Below are positions 17,004 through 26,341 of a stretch of 64,000 bases of DNA, piece by piece. Below the pieces are notes generated by a model, which was given only the letters and a program-made list of their open reading frames with translations, did no database searches and had not been told where the DNA came from. The first letter of the stretch is position 1. Each line of letters opens with the position of its first letter. A program made the position numbers and the translations under genes. Origin of the DNA: Minisyncoccia bacterium (GTDB lineage: Bacteria > Patescibacteriota > Minisyncoccia > Phycocordibacterales > Phycocordibacteraceae); assembly GCA_038912545.1 (NCBI GenBank), contig JBCLFD010000002.1:4422-68421 (forward strand). The letters are read 5' to 3'.

Positions 17004-19426
17004 ACGATAACGTGCTCCCATCTAATCGGATAGTCGGCTGCGATGGTTGTTTTTGCAACTTTGCCCACCACCGAATCTAGATACTTCGGCAAGATTGCAC
17101 CGCCAGGACCCTTAATCGCAAGCATCGCTACAGTAATTTTCTGACCCTCTTTGATATTCACCTTGGCGTAGAGGCCTTTCTTGAAACGGCTTATTGTTTC
17201 TATCTCACTTCCCATTATCTTTTTTTCCGCATGTCCCTTTATGAGATGTATCGTGCGGCTTAATCTAACCAATTCTTTCATCTCTTCTGGATCAGACGAT
17301 AATATGTGGTCAGGACCTTCCATAAATCTATCAAACGTGAAGTGTCGTTCTATCGCCACAGCTCCTAATGAGAGCGCTACAGTAGCTGCGGTAAGTCCTA
17401 TTGAATGGTCCGAAAAGCCGACCGGCACGCCAAAGGTTTTGTGAAGTGTCTTCATGACACGAAGATTCATATCTTCTGGTGACGCCGGGTACGAGGAGAC
17501 GCACTGCAACAAAATTAGGTTTTTATTTCCGGTGCCCCAAATGACGTTAATTGCATCACTAATTTCACTGAGAGTGGACATGCCGGTAGACATAATGATT
17601 GGCTTGCCGGTCTCTGCAACTCGTCTAAGGAGTGGCAAATTTGCCACATCCATAGATGCTATCTTATAGAACTCGCAGCCGACTTTCTCCAAAAGTTCTA
17701 AATTCTCTATGTCGAATGGAGAGGAAAAAATTGGTATCCCAACTTTTCGTGCATACGAAAACAGCTCCTCGTGCTCCTTGGGACCAAACTCAAGTCTCTT
17801 AAGCATCGAAAACGCGGACTCTTCAGTGTCTATAAGCTCCTCGGCATATCGACTGTCTTTCACTTTTTTTGACAGTCGGTTCTCAGCGCGATAACTCTGG
17901 AATTTTACAGCCGAGCACCCAGCTTTGTGCGCAGCGTCAATTAATTGCTTCGCGAGCTTTACCGAGCCATTATGATTAAGTCCAATTTCGGCAATTATAA
18001 AAGCCGGTAAGTCGTACGCAACACGATGAGAACCGAGCATGACCTCCACATTAGTACGTGAACTCTTGGTGCTTCTATTTTCTTCAACATTGTGTACCTC
18101 GCTCGCCTCATTAACAAGTCTTTCTGCGAGGTCACGGCCTTTTACTGCGAGAATTTGCAAATCAGCGTAGTGATAATCGCCACCTGTCCCGATAAGGTGG
18201 AGCTGTTTGAATGCTGCCACCTTTGCACGCACATTTGTGAGGTCATTTTCCATGCCGATTGTCAAAAGAGGATACACGTACGGCAAAGATATAACCTTTC
18301 CAGCGTACGCCTCACCTTTTTTTATTAATCCAACTTTTATGAGATCCTGTATCCCGCGATTCAACATCTGTTTATCCGATACGGCATCGAGCGAGTCATC
18401 TTTTCTATAGGACGCTTCGAGGGTTAAAACGGTTTTGCCTTTAGGAAACCCGTAGCTGCAAAACTTCTTCTGTTCGCTAAGTCTGTGAAATAATACGTCT
18501 TCGTTGTCGTAGTAAAGGAAACTGGCTTCTTCTGGAATCACCTGGTCTTTGTTTATGGCTACAAAAATAAGTTTTGCACCACGATACAAAAGCGAGTTAC
18601 GGACACCGAGCAAATCGGCAAGAACTGGAAGTGGCATTGTTGAAACAACAGTATCGTTCTCACCGACACTTACTTTCTCTGATCCAAATACAAGACTCGA
18701 TATTGTAGTGTCATACGTTTCTATATCAGTTAACGCACAATTGAGGCGAAGTTCCCCGCCTAATGTCGAAAATTTTTCTGCCATACGGGAAAGAATGGCA
18801 CCTGACCCATACTTACCCACAGCACTCCATTGTCCGGCATGAAAATGACCCTTTGTCCGCCCAAAGTTTACGCGTTTAGGCGCCCAATTGGCGGTCATCT
18901 CTTCTACTGAAACGCCCCAGAGTTTTTCTGGATATTTAATGAAGAACAATTTCATGAGCGTCGGTCCGACTAGCTCGAGCACGTACTGACGATAATTCCT
19001 TGCAAGAGCTCTGCGTGTTTCGTCGACGCCAGCAATTTCTTTAAGAATCTTTGCGCGCAACTTACCAGGAAACGCTTGGAGCGAATCGAACGAAAGTGGG
19101 TAATCAAAATATTGATCGAAGTTTTTACCCTTCACGTTCTTACCCCAGAACTCATTCTTATGAAATAAATCTCCATACTCCTTCTCCCATATCTCGGCTT
19201 GCTGTTCGTCAGGGGTATGATAAATGTGTGGTCCGTAGTCGAGGCCATGAAACTCCTTCCAATCAAAACTGCCGGCCAAACCTCCGATCTCAGACCCTTT
19301 TTCAAAAATGGTAACTGGCATGCCGAGTTCCGCCATACGAAGTCCGACCGAGAGTCCGCTCATTCCGGCTCCGATGATAAAAGCCCTTCGTTTAGGGAAA
19401 ACTTTTCTGACTGACTTGTTTACCAT
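17000..19426 (-). CDS. Fusion protein: N-terminal FAD-dependent oxidoreductase (amine-oxidase / UDP-galactopyranose-mutase-like) plus C-terminal NeuB-type nonulosonic acid synthase with a SAF domain
   Basis: 808 aa. The N-terminus has AFIIGAGMSGLSVGLRMAELGMPVTIFEKGSEIGGLA (FAD GxGxxG). From about residue 470 it has PAFIIAEIGLNHNGSVKLAKQLIDAAHKAGCSAVKFQSY, GFSDHS and a C-terminal SAF-like tail. The domain boundary is near 18020. Confidence 0.85.
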   Translation of the reverse strand: MVNKSVRKVFPKRRAFIIGAGMSGLSVGLRMAELGMPVTIFEKGSEIGGLAGSFDWKEFHGLDYGPHIYHTPDEQQAEIWEKEYGDLFHKNEFWGKNVKGKNFDQYFDYPLSFDSLQAFPGKLRAKILKEIAGVDETRRALARNYRQYVLELVGPTLMKLFFIKYPEKLWGVSVEEMTANWAPKRVNFGRTKGHFHAGQWSAVGKYGSGAILSRMAEKFSTLGGELRLNCALTDIETYDTTISSLVFGSEKVSVGENDTVVSTMPLPVLADLLGVRNSLLYRGAKLIFVAINKDQVIPEEASFLYYDNEDVLFHRLSEQKKFCSYGFPKGKTVLTLEASYRKDDSLDAVSDKQMLNRGIQDLIKVGLIKKGEAYAGKVISLPYVYPLLTIGMENDLTNVRAKVAAFKQLHLIGTGGDYHYADLQILAVKGRDLAERLVNEASEVHNVEENRSTKSSRTNVEVMLGSHRVAYDLPAFIIAEIGLNHNGSVKLAKQLIDAAHKAGCSAVKFQSYRAENRLSKKVKDSRYAEELIDTEESAFSMLKRLEFGPKEHEELFSYARKVGIPIFSSPFDIENLELLEKVGCEFYKIASMDVANLPLLRRVAETGKPIIMSTGMSTLSEISDAINVIWGTGNKNLILLQCVSSYPASPEDMNLRVMKTLHKTFGVPVGFSDHSIGLTAATVALSLGAVAIERHFTFDRFMEGPDHILSSDPEEMKELVRLSRTIHLIKGHAEKKIMGSEIETISRFKKGLYAKVNIKEGQKITVAMLAIKGPGGAILPKYLDSVVGKVAKTTIAADYPIRWEHVIV

Positions 19427-20184
19427 AAAGTAAAACCGCCATCGACCGCGATGTTCTGTCCTGTAATATACCGCGCATCAGAAGAGGCCAAAAAAAGAAC
19501 TGTTCCGACCAGATCATCCGTTGTCGCCATGCGCGCAAGAGGCGTCTTCTTTTCATACTTCCTCACAAATGAGGAGTCTTGGGCACGGGCGACACCACCT
19601 GGAGAAATCGCGTTTACCGTAATTCCGAATTTAGCCAGATACACAGCGAGATAGGACGTAAAGTGAATGATGCCGGCCTTTGTTGCGCCATAAATCTCCG
19701 AACTGTTTCGACCAGAATTACCGTAAATCCGAAAGTCTGGAGTGGTTATGCCGTAGATCGAACCGAAATTAATAATCGTCCCTTTACGGCGCGTTTTCAT
19801 TTTTTCCATAACAGCTTTTGACATCAGGATAGTTCCCTTTAAGTTTGTTGCCATAACGTCATCAAGTTCTTTTTCGGTACGCTTTTCGAGCGGGGTGTAT
19901 ACTCCTATTCCTGCGCAGTTTATCAGAATATCTATAGAGCGAGATGCTTTGCGAAGAATGGACTCTATGGACTTTGTCGTCTTTATATCTCCCGATACAA
20001 ATATATAATTTTTGCGCAATTCGCCGAGTGAGTCTATGTATTTTTGGTTTGGTTTTTTCTTCAAGTCAATAGCGTACACAAAGGCGCCATTCGCAAGAAA
20101 GGCTAGCGACAGCGCGCGACCAATTTGGCCATCGGCGCCAGTAATGAGCACCGTTTTGTCGGTCAGGTCGTAGCGGTTTGCCAT
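19420..20184 (-). CDS. Short-chain dehydrogenase/reductase
   Basis: VLITGADGQIGRAL, NCAGI, YGATKAG (YxxxK). ATG at 20182-20184; the track start 20193 is a TTG. Confidence 0.85.
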   Translation of the reverse strand: MANRYDLTDKTVLITGADGQIGRALSLAFLANGAFVYAIDLKKKPNQKYIDSLGELRKNYIFVSGDIKTTKSIESILRKASRSIDILINCAGIGVYTPLEKRTEKELDDVMATNLKGTILMSKAVMEKMKTRRKGTIINFGSIYGITTPDFRIYGNSGRNSSEIYGATKAGIIHFTSYLAVYLAKFGITVNAISPGGVARAQDSSFVRKYEKKTPLARMATTDDLVGTVLFLASSDARYITGQNIAVDGGFTLW

Positions 20185-20196
20185 ATGTAACAATTA

Positions 20197-22110
20197 CTAT
20201 AACCTAGTGACTGTACCAGAGGTAGCAGGAACTTTGGTCGCAAAGGATTGTATAAAAGCTGCAGCCCGCTCACTAGAATGCCCATCAAAAAGGTAGTTCT
20301 TCTTAAGAAATGCCTCCGCGCCTGCGGAAAGAGCCTCTCGAAGCTTCGGGTCGCTCACTAGACTCGAGATTTCATTGGTAAGCTCAGCCTTTGTGGTGGC
20401 GATGCGCATGGCTCCCTCTTTTTCATAATAAGAGAAGTGATGAAGCCCCATCATTTTCTGTTCTGGTGAAAGCCCTAAATAAATGGACGGGACACCGGCT
20501 TGGAGCGACTCAATTAGCGCAGTCGAGTAACAAGATATCGCAATGTCTATCCTTGGCAACAAGCTCGCAAGCGTCTCGAATTGCGCTATTTCATACGGTG
20601 TCTCCACAAATAATCTCGCCAGCGACGTTCGTACAAATGTGTCGCGATTTGGCCCGGGTCGGAACTTAAATATTACGCGCGCGTTTGGTATTTGTCGCAC
20701 AGCCTCTGCGACGGCCTGGTAGTAATCGTACGTCTCATAGGTGTCAGGCGAGTCACCTCCAGGGTCAATTGCTGGTGAGACACACAATATTGTAATCTGA
20801 TCTTTATCTTTAGATGCAGATACTGGAGCTCTACTATTCTTCGCTCGAACATAAACATCAAAACGTGGTGAACCAATTTCAATGGCCGTGGTAGAAGTGT
20901 CGCCAACCCCCTCCATTTGCTGTCTCGTTAGCGGTCCATATACGCAGGTGAATTCTGCATGATGACGCAGACTAACCGAGCCTGGCCCGTAATACTCGAG
21001 ACCGTGCTGCATCTCAATAGATGGAATACCAAGTGATTTCGCTACTTGTGCTAACACGACAAAATGCGTCTGTGTGCTTACGGTAGAGCGCAAGATGACA
21101 ACATGTGGAGAGACACGCTCAAGCATCGCGTGAGTATCGTCAATATCCTTTAGGACACGCGTGACAGCATCGCCAATGATCGAATCCAGGGCACTGGTCA
21201 ACAGCCCGCCCAGGCCAACGCCACGATAGGCGAACGCGTCTAGGCTGTGGTCACCTTTAATAGCCTTCCATTCCTTTCTTATGTTTTCACTCGCCTCTTC
21301 ACGATGCTTCGTACTTGTCACTACAAATGAGTCTCCGTGTATGAAACGCATTCGAAACCGCCAAATGTTTCCAAGTCCTGCGTTAAATGATTCCAATCGA
21401 TCATTCAATATTATTTCTGCAGAATCAAGATTCTTCACGTACGGGGAGATATTCTTCCAATAATCACTCGCGAGGATCCGTATCTTCTTAGGGCGCACAA
21501 GTATTGCAATTACAGTATTCAGTAAAAATATACAGACGCCAAACATAGTCCTCTTGAGCGCAAATATCGTCTGTCCAGACTTCATGGAAAGTGTCGTTGA
21601 TGTAGGTACAACGAGTATCTCCTTCTTAGTTTGAACAGCGACAGCGCTTACTGCATCAACGCATGCGTTGATGACATGACGTACGAGAACACTGCCGAAA
21701 GAAGGTCCGCCAGTTCCATGCGAAAAAACAATGAGTCGTTCGATACTTGGGTGCTTTGCAAGAACAGCTGCCACAATATCCACGTAATAAAAAAGATGCG
21801 TGAGGTACCCCTGAAGTGAAAGGAAGTACAGCTGCGACAGATTTACTCCGCGATACGAAAAAAACGACCATCTCTTGCTCTCCAATATTTGAGCTGGCCA
21901 CTGTTCCCCGAGCTCAACGGAAGAAGTGTCGGGCGTCCGATATCGCAACCCAGAGATGAAAGGCATTCCACGCGAAGACATGTAGTCTTCTATCTCGGCG
22001 TCGAGTGGAATAACTAACAATGTGTCGCGATATTCTTCTGCAATTGCCACGAGAGACTCTATTTGTTCTATCCTATGCAAAAAAATGACCACCTTCTTCT
22101 TGTTGTCCAT
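20197..22110 (-). CDS. Hypothetical 637-aa protein; the C-terminal half is possibly a GT-B / capsule-biosynthesis-like transferase
   Basis: Long intact ORF. The C-terminal region (ITILCVSPAIDPGG ... IAISCYSTALIESLQAGVPSIYLG) resembles the nucleotide-sugar-binding half of GT-B / TagF-like enzymes. The assignment is weak. Confidence 0.4.
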   Translation of the reverse strand: MDNKKKVVIFLHRIEQIESLVAIAEEYRDTLLVIPLDAEIEDYMSSRGMPFISGLRYRTPDTSSVELGEQWPAQILESKRWSFFSYRGVNLSQLYFLSLQGYLTHLFYYVDIVAAVLAKHPSIERLIVFSHGTGGPSFGSVLVRHVINACVDAVSAVAVQTKKEILVVPTSTTLSMKSGQTIFALKRTMFGVCIFLLNTVIAILVRPKKIRILASDYWKNISPYVKNLDSAEIILNDRLESFNAGLGNIWRFRMRFIHGDSFVVTSTKHREEASENIRKEWKAIKGDHSLDAFAYRGVGLGGLLTSALDSIIGDAVTRVLKDIDDTHAMLERVSPHVVILRSTVSTQTHFVVLAQVAKSLGIPSIEMQHGLEYYGPGSVSLRHHAEFTCVYGPLTRQQMEGVGDTSTTAIEIGSPRFDVYVRAKNSRAPVSASKDKDQITILCVSPAIDPGGDSPDTYETYDYYQAVAEAVRQIPNARVIFKFRPGPNRDTFVRTSLARLFVETPYEIAQFETLASLLPRIDIAISCYSTALIESLQAGVPSIYLGLSPEQKMMGLHHFSYYEKEGAMRIATTKAELTNEISSLVSDPKLREALSAGAEAFLKKNYLFDGHSSERAAAFIQSFATKVPATSGTVTRL

Positions 22111-22112
22111 AA

Positions 22113-23342
22113 CTAAATAACAGTTACATCTGGTACCGTGACAATAAATTTGACTCCCTTCTCGCGCAGAGCTTTTTCTTTTTCAAGAATCGCATCTTTG
22201 AAGTTCCATGCCAACAATAGAATATAATCGGGCGTATCGATTAAAAGTTTCTCTGGCGGAACGATAGGGATATGCATGCCCGGACTATAGAGCCCCTGTT
22301 TCAGCGATGTCGTATCGGTCAAATAATCGAGCGTCTCTGTACCGAGCCCGTAGTAATTGAGGAGGGTGTTCCCTTTTGCAGGCGCACCGTATCCTACAAT
22401 TTTCTTCCCTTGCGCCTTGAGGCCGCAGAGGAGCTCGAGCAATTTCTTCTTATTCGTCTCCACCGTACGAGCGAATTCCTGATAGACCTCTTCGGTGGTG
22501 AGTCCTGCCGCTTCTTCCTCTTTGAGAATTCGTGCCACGTTCGAAGTGGCTACCCCATTTCTTGACGCATAGACACGGAGTGATTTGCCCTGCATGGGGA
22601 CGATTTCTACGTCAAAAACCTTCATCCCCGTCGCTTCAACCAGATATTTCGCGGCATGCAGCGAGTAGAAACAGAGGTGCTCGTGATAAATTTGGTCAAA
22701 TGCACCCTCCTCGACAAGATGTTTCGCCCAATGCACTTCAAAGATGAACGTCCCTTCATCCCCGATAAGCTTCGCCACCCCCTTGAAAACGTCTCTGATT
22801 GGGTCCGTATGCGCGAACACATTATTTGCAACCACCACTTTCGCTTGACCGTATTTCGCAATGATATCGTCCGCAATATTTGATGAGAAGAACGCCGGAT
22901 AGAACGGCACGCCCTTTTCTTCCGAGATTGAAGCAAGATTGTCGGCCGGGTCAACATTTAATACGCGCGCGTAGTTCTTTACATAGCTTAAAAGGACGCC
23001 GTCGTTACCTCCGATATCAATTACCAAATCCTGCGGTGACGTAATGAGCGGATGTATAACTTCTTCTGCATATTTCTTAAAATGTTCAACTGAGGGAGAG
23101 CTTGCGCCGGTCAGAAAGTGATAATCCTTGAACAAAATATCTGGGTTCACAACATCGAGAAGCTGGGCGAGCGAGCACGTCCTGCAGAAATACAGCGCCA
23201 ACGGGAACGTCGCTTCCGGTTTCCCAAGATCTTCTTCTTTAAGATATGCATTCGCTGGCGGTGTGGAGCCAAGATCAAGTATTTTTACCAAGTCGATCCC
23301 CTTGCACACTCGACAGGTCTCCTTATGTGTATAGTTTTTCAT
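22113..23342 (-). CDS. NDP-sugar C-methyltransferase (TylCIII-like: zinc ribbon, SAM MTase domain, C-methyltransferase C-terminal domain)
   Basis: CRVCKGIDLVKILDLGSTPPANAYL ... CRTCSLAQL, VIDIGGNDGVLL, NVFAHT. Confidence 0.75.
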   Translation of the reverse strand: MKNYTHKETCRVCKGIDLVKILDLGSTPPANAYLKEEDLGKPEATFPLALYFCRTCSLAQLLDVVNPDILFKDYHFLTGASSPSVEHFKKYAEEVIHPLITSPQDLVIDIGGNDGVLLSYVKNYARVLNVDPADNLASISEEKGVPFYPAFFSSNIADDIIAKYGQAKVVVANNVFAHTDPIRDVFKGVAKLIGDEGTFIFEVHWAKHLVEEGAFDQIYHEHLCFYSLHAAKYLVEATGMKVFDVEIVPMQGKSLRVYASRNGVATSNVARILKEEEAAGLTTEEVYQEFARTVETNKKKLLELLCGLKAQGKKIVGYGAPAKGNTLLNYYGLGTETLDYLTDTTSLKQGLYSPGMHIPIVPPEKLLIDTPDYILLLAWNFKDAILEKEKALREKGVKFIVTVPDVTVI

Positions 23343-23379
23343 ACGTCTTAATTAGAACCGAAGATACCACAGTTTTGTT

Positions 23380-24261
23380 TCAACGTAATGGCTCACGGCC
23401 AGTGAGTGCACGAACACAAGCACGAATGACGCGATCAAATGGGAGGGCGATGTCCCGCACGAGAAATGCATATGGATAGTGTTTACCAAGATACACGCGA
23501 ATACTTCGGTTATACTCGCATCGTCGCCAAACATCGCTCGTCCTTCCAAACGATGCCGATTTCAGATGGGTCACTATCGCTTGTGGTACCAGATATATTT
23601 TGTACCCACAGTTGTAGACGCGTTTGCTCATATCAACATCAACAAAATAGAACGGAATCTCCTCGTCAACAATATATTCCCCAAGTGCCTCGCGCCGCCA
23701 TATCAGGCACGGCCATGGAGGTTGTTCAACCTCGGACACCGCATTCAAATCCAAGTCATCGTAGCGATAACGCTTGAATTCACGCAGATCGAGAAAATAT
23801 TTATCAATGACGCGCCCGATAAGCGTTGTGAAAAAAGCCAGATATGGCGTCATGATGCGACGATAGTACAACTGCGGCGAGCCGTCGCTATTAAGCAATT
23901 TTGCTGTGGCGGCGCCTGCATCGTGTGTGTGGTCCATAAACGCGACCAGCGCCTGAAGCGCGCCTGAATGAAGCACGGCATCCGGATCTATCGTAACGAT
24001 ATATCTCCCCTTGCGCGCGAGCATGATATTTATGGCTGCCCACCCAATATTCGTATCTCGCTGTATAAAAGAGAAGTGCGGATTATTTTTTATTGCGGTG
24101 CTCAATTGGATGAATCCGCCATCTTTTGAGGCATTGTCTATCACCACGACCTCATACGAGAGGTCTCCGACAGTCGCCACAATGGACTGCAGCGCTCCCT
24201 CCAGCAGATCGGAGGTGTTGTAATTCAAAACCACTATAGAGATATTAAAAATTTCTTTCAT
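23380..24261 (-). CDS. Glycosyltransferase family 2
   Basis: ISIVVLNYNTSDLL ... VVVIDNASKDG ... DPDA. Confidence 0.85.
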   Translation of the reverse strand: MKEIFNISIVVLNYNTSDLLEGALQSIVATVGDLSYEVVVIDNASKDGGFIQLSTAIKNNPHFSFIQRDTNIGWAAINIMLARKGRYIVTIDPDAVLHSGALQALVAFMDHTHDAGAATAKLLNSDGSPQLYYRRIMTPYLAFFTTLIGRVIDKYFLDLREFKRYRYDDLDLNAVSEVEQPPWPCLIWRREALGEYIVDEEIPFYFVDVDMSKRVYNCGYKIYLVPQAIVTHLKSASFGRTSDVWRRCEYNRSIRVYLGKHYPYAFLVRDIALPFDRVIRACVRALTGREPLR

Positions 24262-24270
24262 ATAATTTTA

Positions 24271-25101
24271 TTATATCTTCCACTCGATTTCTATGTATTC
24301 CGCCAGTGCCTCTTGCCACGGACGCACATAGGACGAAGAAGACATGCTTTCATTTTCTCCGCTTAGATACACATTTGAGAACTCTGTAGAGAGAACTGGC
24401 ACGACGGATGCCTTTGAACCAATTAGTGCGAGTGCTTCGCGCGAAACGTCATAACGCGTTGCCACTCCACCACCTACATGCACGATACCTTTTCTATTTT
24501 CTTCAATCAGCTTTTTAAGCGCACCTGCGAGGTCCTTTGCATACGTCGGCGAACCGCGCTTGTCCGTTACTGCACGAACTTCGATTGCGTTCTGTTGCGC
24601 GAGTATTTTACCGACAAATTTTTTATCACTGTCTCTCCCGCCTCCAAACAACCATGAGGTGCGCACGATGAGATAATCGTTGAGTATGCCACGCACAGCG
24701 AGCTCGCCGAGATATTTTGAATGGCCGTACACATTGACCGGATTCGGCACGTCTTCTTCGGTATAGGGTTCTTTCTTGGTGCCATCAAATACACCCGAGG
24801 TGGACACATAGACCAGTTTCGCTCCGATCGCTCGTGCCGCGAGCGCCAGATGATAGGTCCCGGTCGTGTTGACTAGATAGGCCTCTCTAGGATTGCGTTC
24901 GCAGAATACCAAGTCCGTGAGGCCAGCTAGATGTACGACAGTGCTCGGCTTGTACTCATGGCAGACGGACAAAACTGCATCAAGATTAGTGACATCAAGC
25001 GTTTGTTTTGTGAAACGTACACCGAAATTCACATACGAGCCGAGCATCCCTTCGCTCCCTGTGACCAAAATGTGTTCGTCGTTTATTGGAGAGGAGTCCA
25101 T
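24271..25101 (-). CDS. rfbD: dTDP-4-dehydrorhamnose reductase
   Basis: ILVTGSEGMLGSYV, YGHSKYLGE, RGSPTYAKDLA. ATG at 25099-25101; the track start 25143 is a TTG. Confidence 0.85.
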   Translation of the reverse strand: MDSSPINDEHILVTGSEGMLGSYVNFGVRFTKQTLDVTNLDAVLSVCHEYKPSTVVHLAGLTDLVFCERNPREAYLVNTTGTYHLALAARAIGAKLVYVSTSGVFDGTKKEPYTEEDVPNPVNVYGHSKYLGELAVRGILNDYLIVRTSWLFGGGRDSDKKFVGKILAQQNAIEVRAVTDKRGSPTYAKDLAGALKKLIEENRKGIVHVGGGVATRYDVSREALALIGSKASVVPVLSTEFSNVYLSGENESMSSSSYVRPWQEALAEYIEIEWKI

Positions 25102-25622
25102 AAAGTGTCTTTCTCCGAGAGGATTGGGTTGATAATCGGCCAAGCGATATTCAGACGAGAATCATCAAACCGTGCTCCACCGACTGTTTCCGGATGATAG
25201 GTGTCGCTCAGCTTATATTCAACTACCGCTTCATCGCTGATAACGCAAAACCCGTGAGCATATCTGCCAGGGATAAAGAGCATTTTTTGCTCGTCTCCAT
25301 TCAAACGCGCTGAGACGTATTTCCCGTAGGTAGATGATGCGGGATCGCAGTCGGCCGCAACATCAAATATCTCTCCTTTCGTACACCGCACAAGCTTGTC
25401 CTGCATATGCGGCGCACGCTGAAAATGCAGACCACGGATTACATTCTTTTGAGAATACGAGGTGAAATCCTCTACGAAAGAGGTTTGTATTCCGAGAGCA
25501 GAAAAATCAGCAGAGTTGTATACATTGACCGAGAATCCTCGTTCATCACGCCGAAGCTCTGGTGTGATTAATAACACGCCAGGAAGATTGAGTTCTTCTG
25601 TTTTAAAAAGAAGAGTACTCAT
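25083..25622 (-). CDS. rfbC: dTDP-4-dehydrorhamnose 3,5-epimerase
   Basis: MSTLLFKTEELNLPGVLLITP..RDERGF, IRGLHFQ, YAHGF. ATGA overlap with rfbA. Confidence 0.9.
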   Translation of the reverse strand: MSTLLFKTEELNLPGVLLITPELRRDERGFSVNVYNSADFSALGIQTSFVEDFTSYSQKNVIRGLHFQRAPHMQDKLVRCTKGEIFDVAADCDPASSTYGKYVSARLNGDEQKMLFIPGRYAHGFCVISDEAVVEYKLSDTYHPETVGGARFDDSRLNIAWPIINPILSEKDTLWTPLQ

Positions 25623-26341
25623 AGACGCGTCTTGCATGCATGGAAAAATGCTGAAGCTTCAAACAAGGATTCCAGTGTCCCTGCGTCAAGCCACGCGCCT
25701 TTAACAAAATGAAACTCCATTTCTCCAATTCTCACGTACTGATTTATCGCATCAGTCATTTCGAGCTCGCCTCGTGCCGACGGTTTGAGTGATTTCGCAA
25801 AGGAAAATATTTTATTATCAAAGATATAGAATCCTGTTTGTGCGTACGGCGATTTCGGCTTTTTCGGTTTTTCTTCAATACGTATAATCTTCTTTCCGTC
25901 TTTTGAAAAAACTGGCACTCCGAACCGTCTCGGGTCTGGAACTTTCTTAAAAAATCCTACTGCCCCAGTTTTAAATTTACTAACTTCTTTGCTAAAGTTG
26001 TTTTCAAAAATATTGTCTCCTAGAATAACGGCAATACTTCCTTCGTCCGCAAAATCTTCGGCGTAGGCGAGCGCATCCGCAATCCCGCCGTTGTTCACGT
26101 CCTGAAGCGCATACGAAAGCTTTACTCCATATTCCTTACCGGAACCGAGAAATTGCATAAAATGTCCTGCGTGTTCTCTACCGACGACAATCATAATATC
26201 CGTAATACCCGACTGCTTCAGCGTCTCAAGCGGATAGAGAATCATCGGCTTGTCGTAGACAGGCAAGAGGTGCTTGTTTGTTATTTTGGTGAGTGGATGT
26301 AGGCGTGTGCCCAAACCGCCGGCAAGTATGACCCCTTTCAT
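25619..26341 (-). CDS. rfbA: Glucose-1-phosphate thymidylyltransferase (short form)
   Basis: MKGVILAGGLGTRLHPLTKITNKHLLPVYDKPMI. ATGA overlap with rfbB. Confidence 0.85.
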   Translation of the reverse strand: MKGVILAGGLGTRLHPLTKITNKHLLPVYDKPMILYPLETLKQSGITDIMIVVGREHAGHFMQFLGSGKEYGVKLSYALQDVNNGGIADALAYAEDFADEGSIAVILGDNIFENNFSKEVSKFKTGAVGFFKKVPDPRRFGVPVFSKDGKKIIRIEEKPKKPKSPYAQTGFYIFDNKIFSFAKSLKPSARGELEMTDAINQYVRIGEMEFHFVKGAWLDAGTLESLFEASAFFHACKTRL

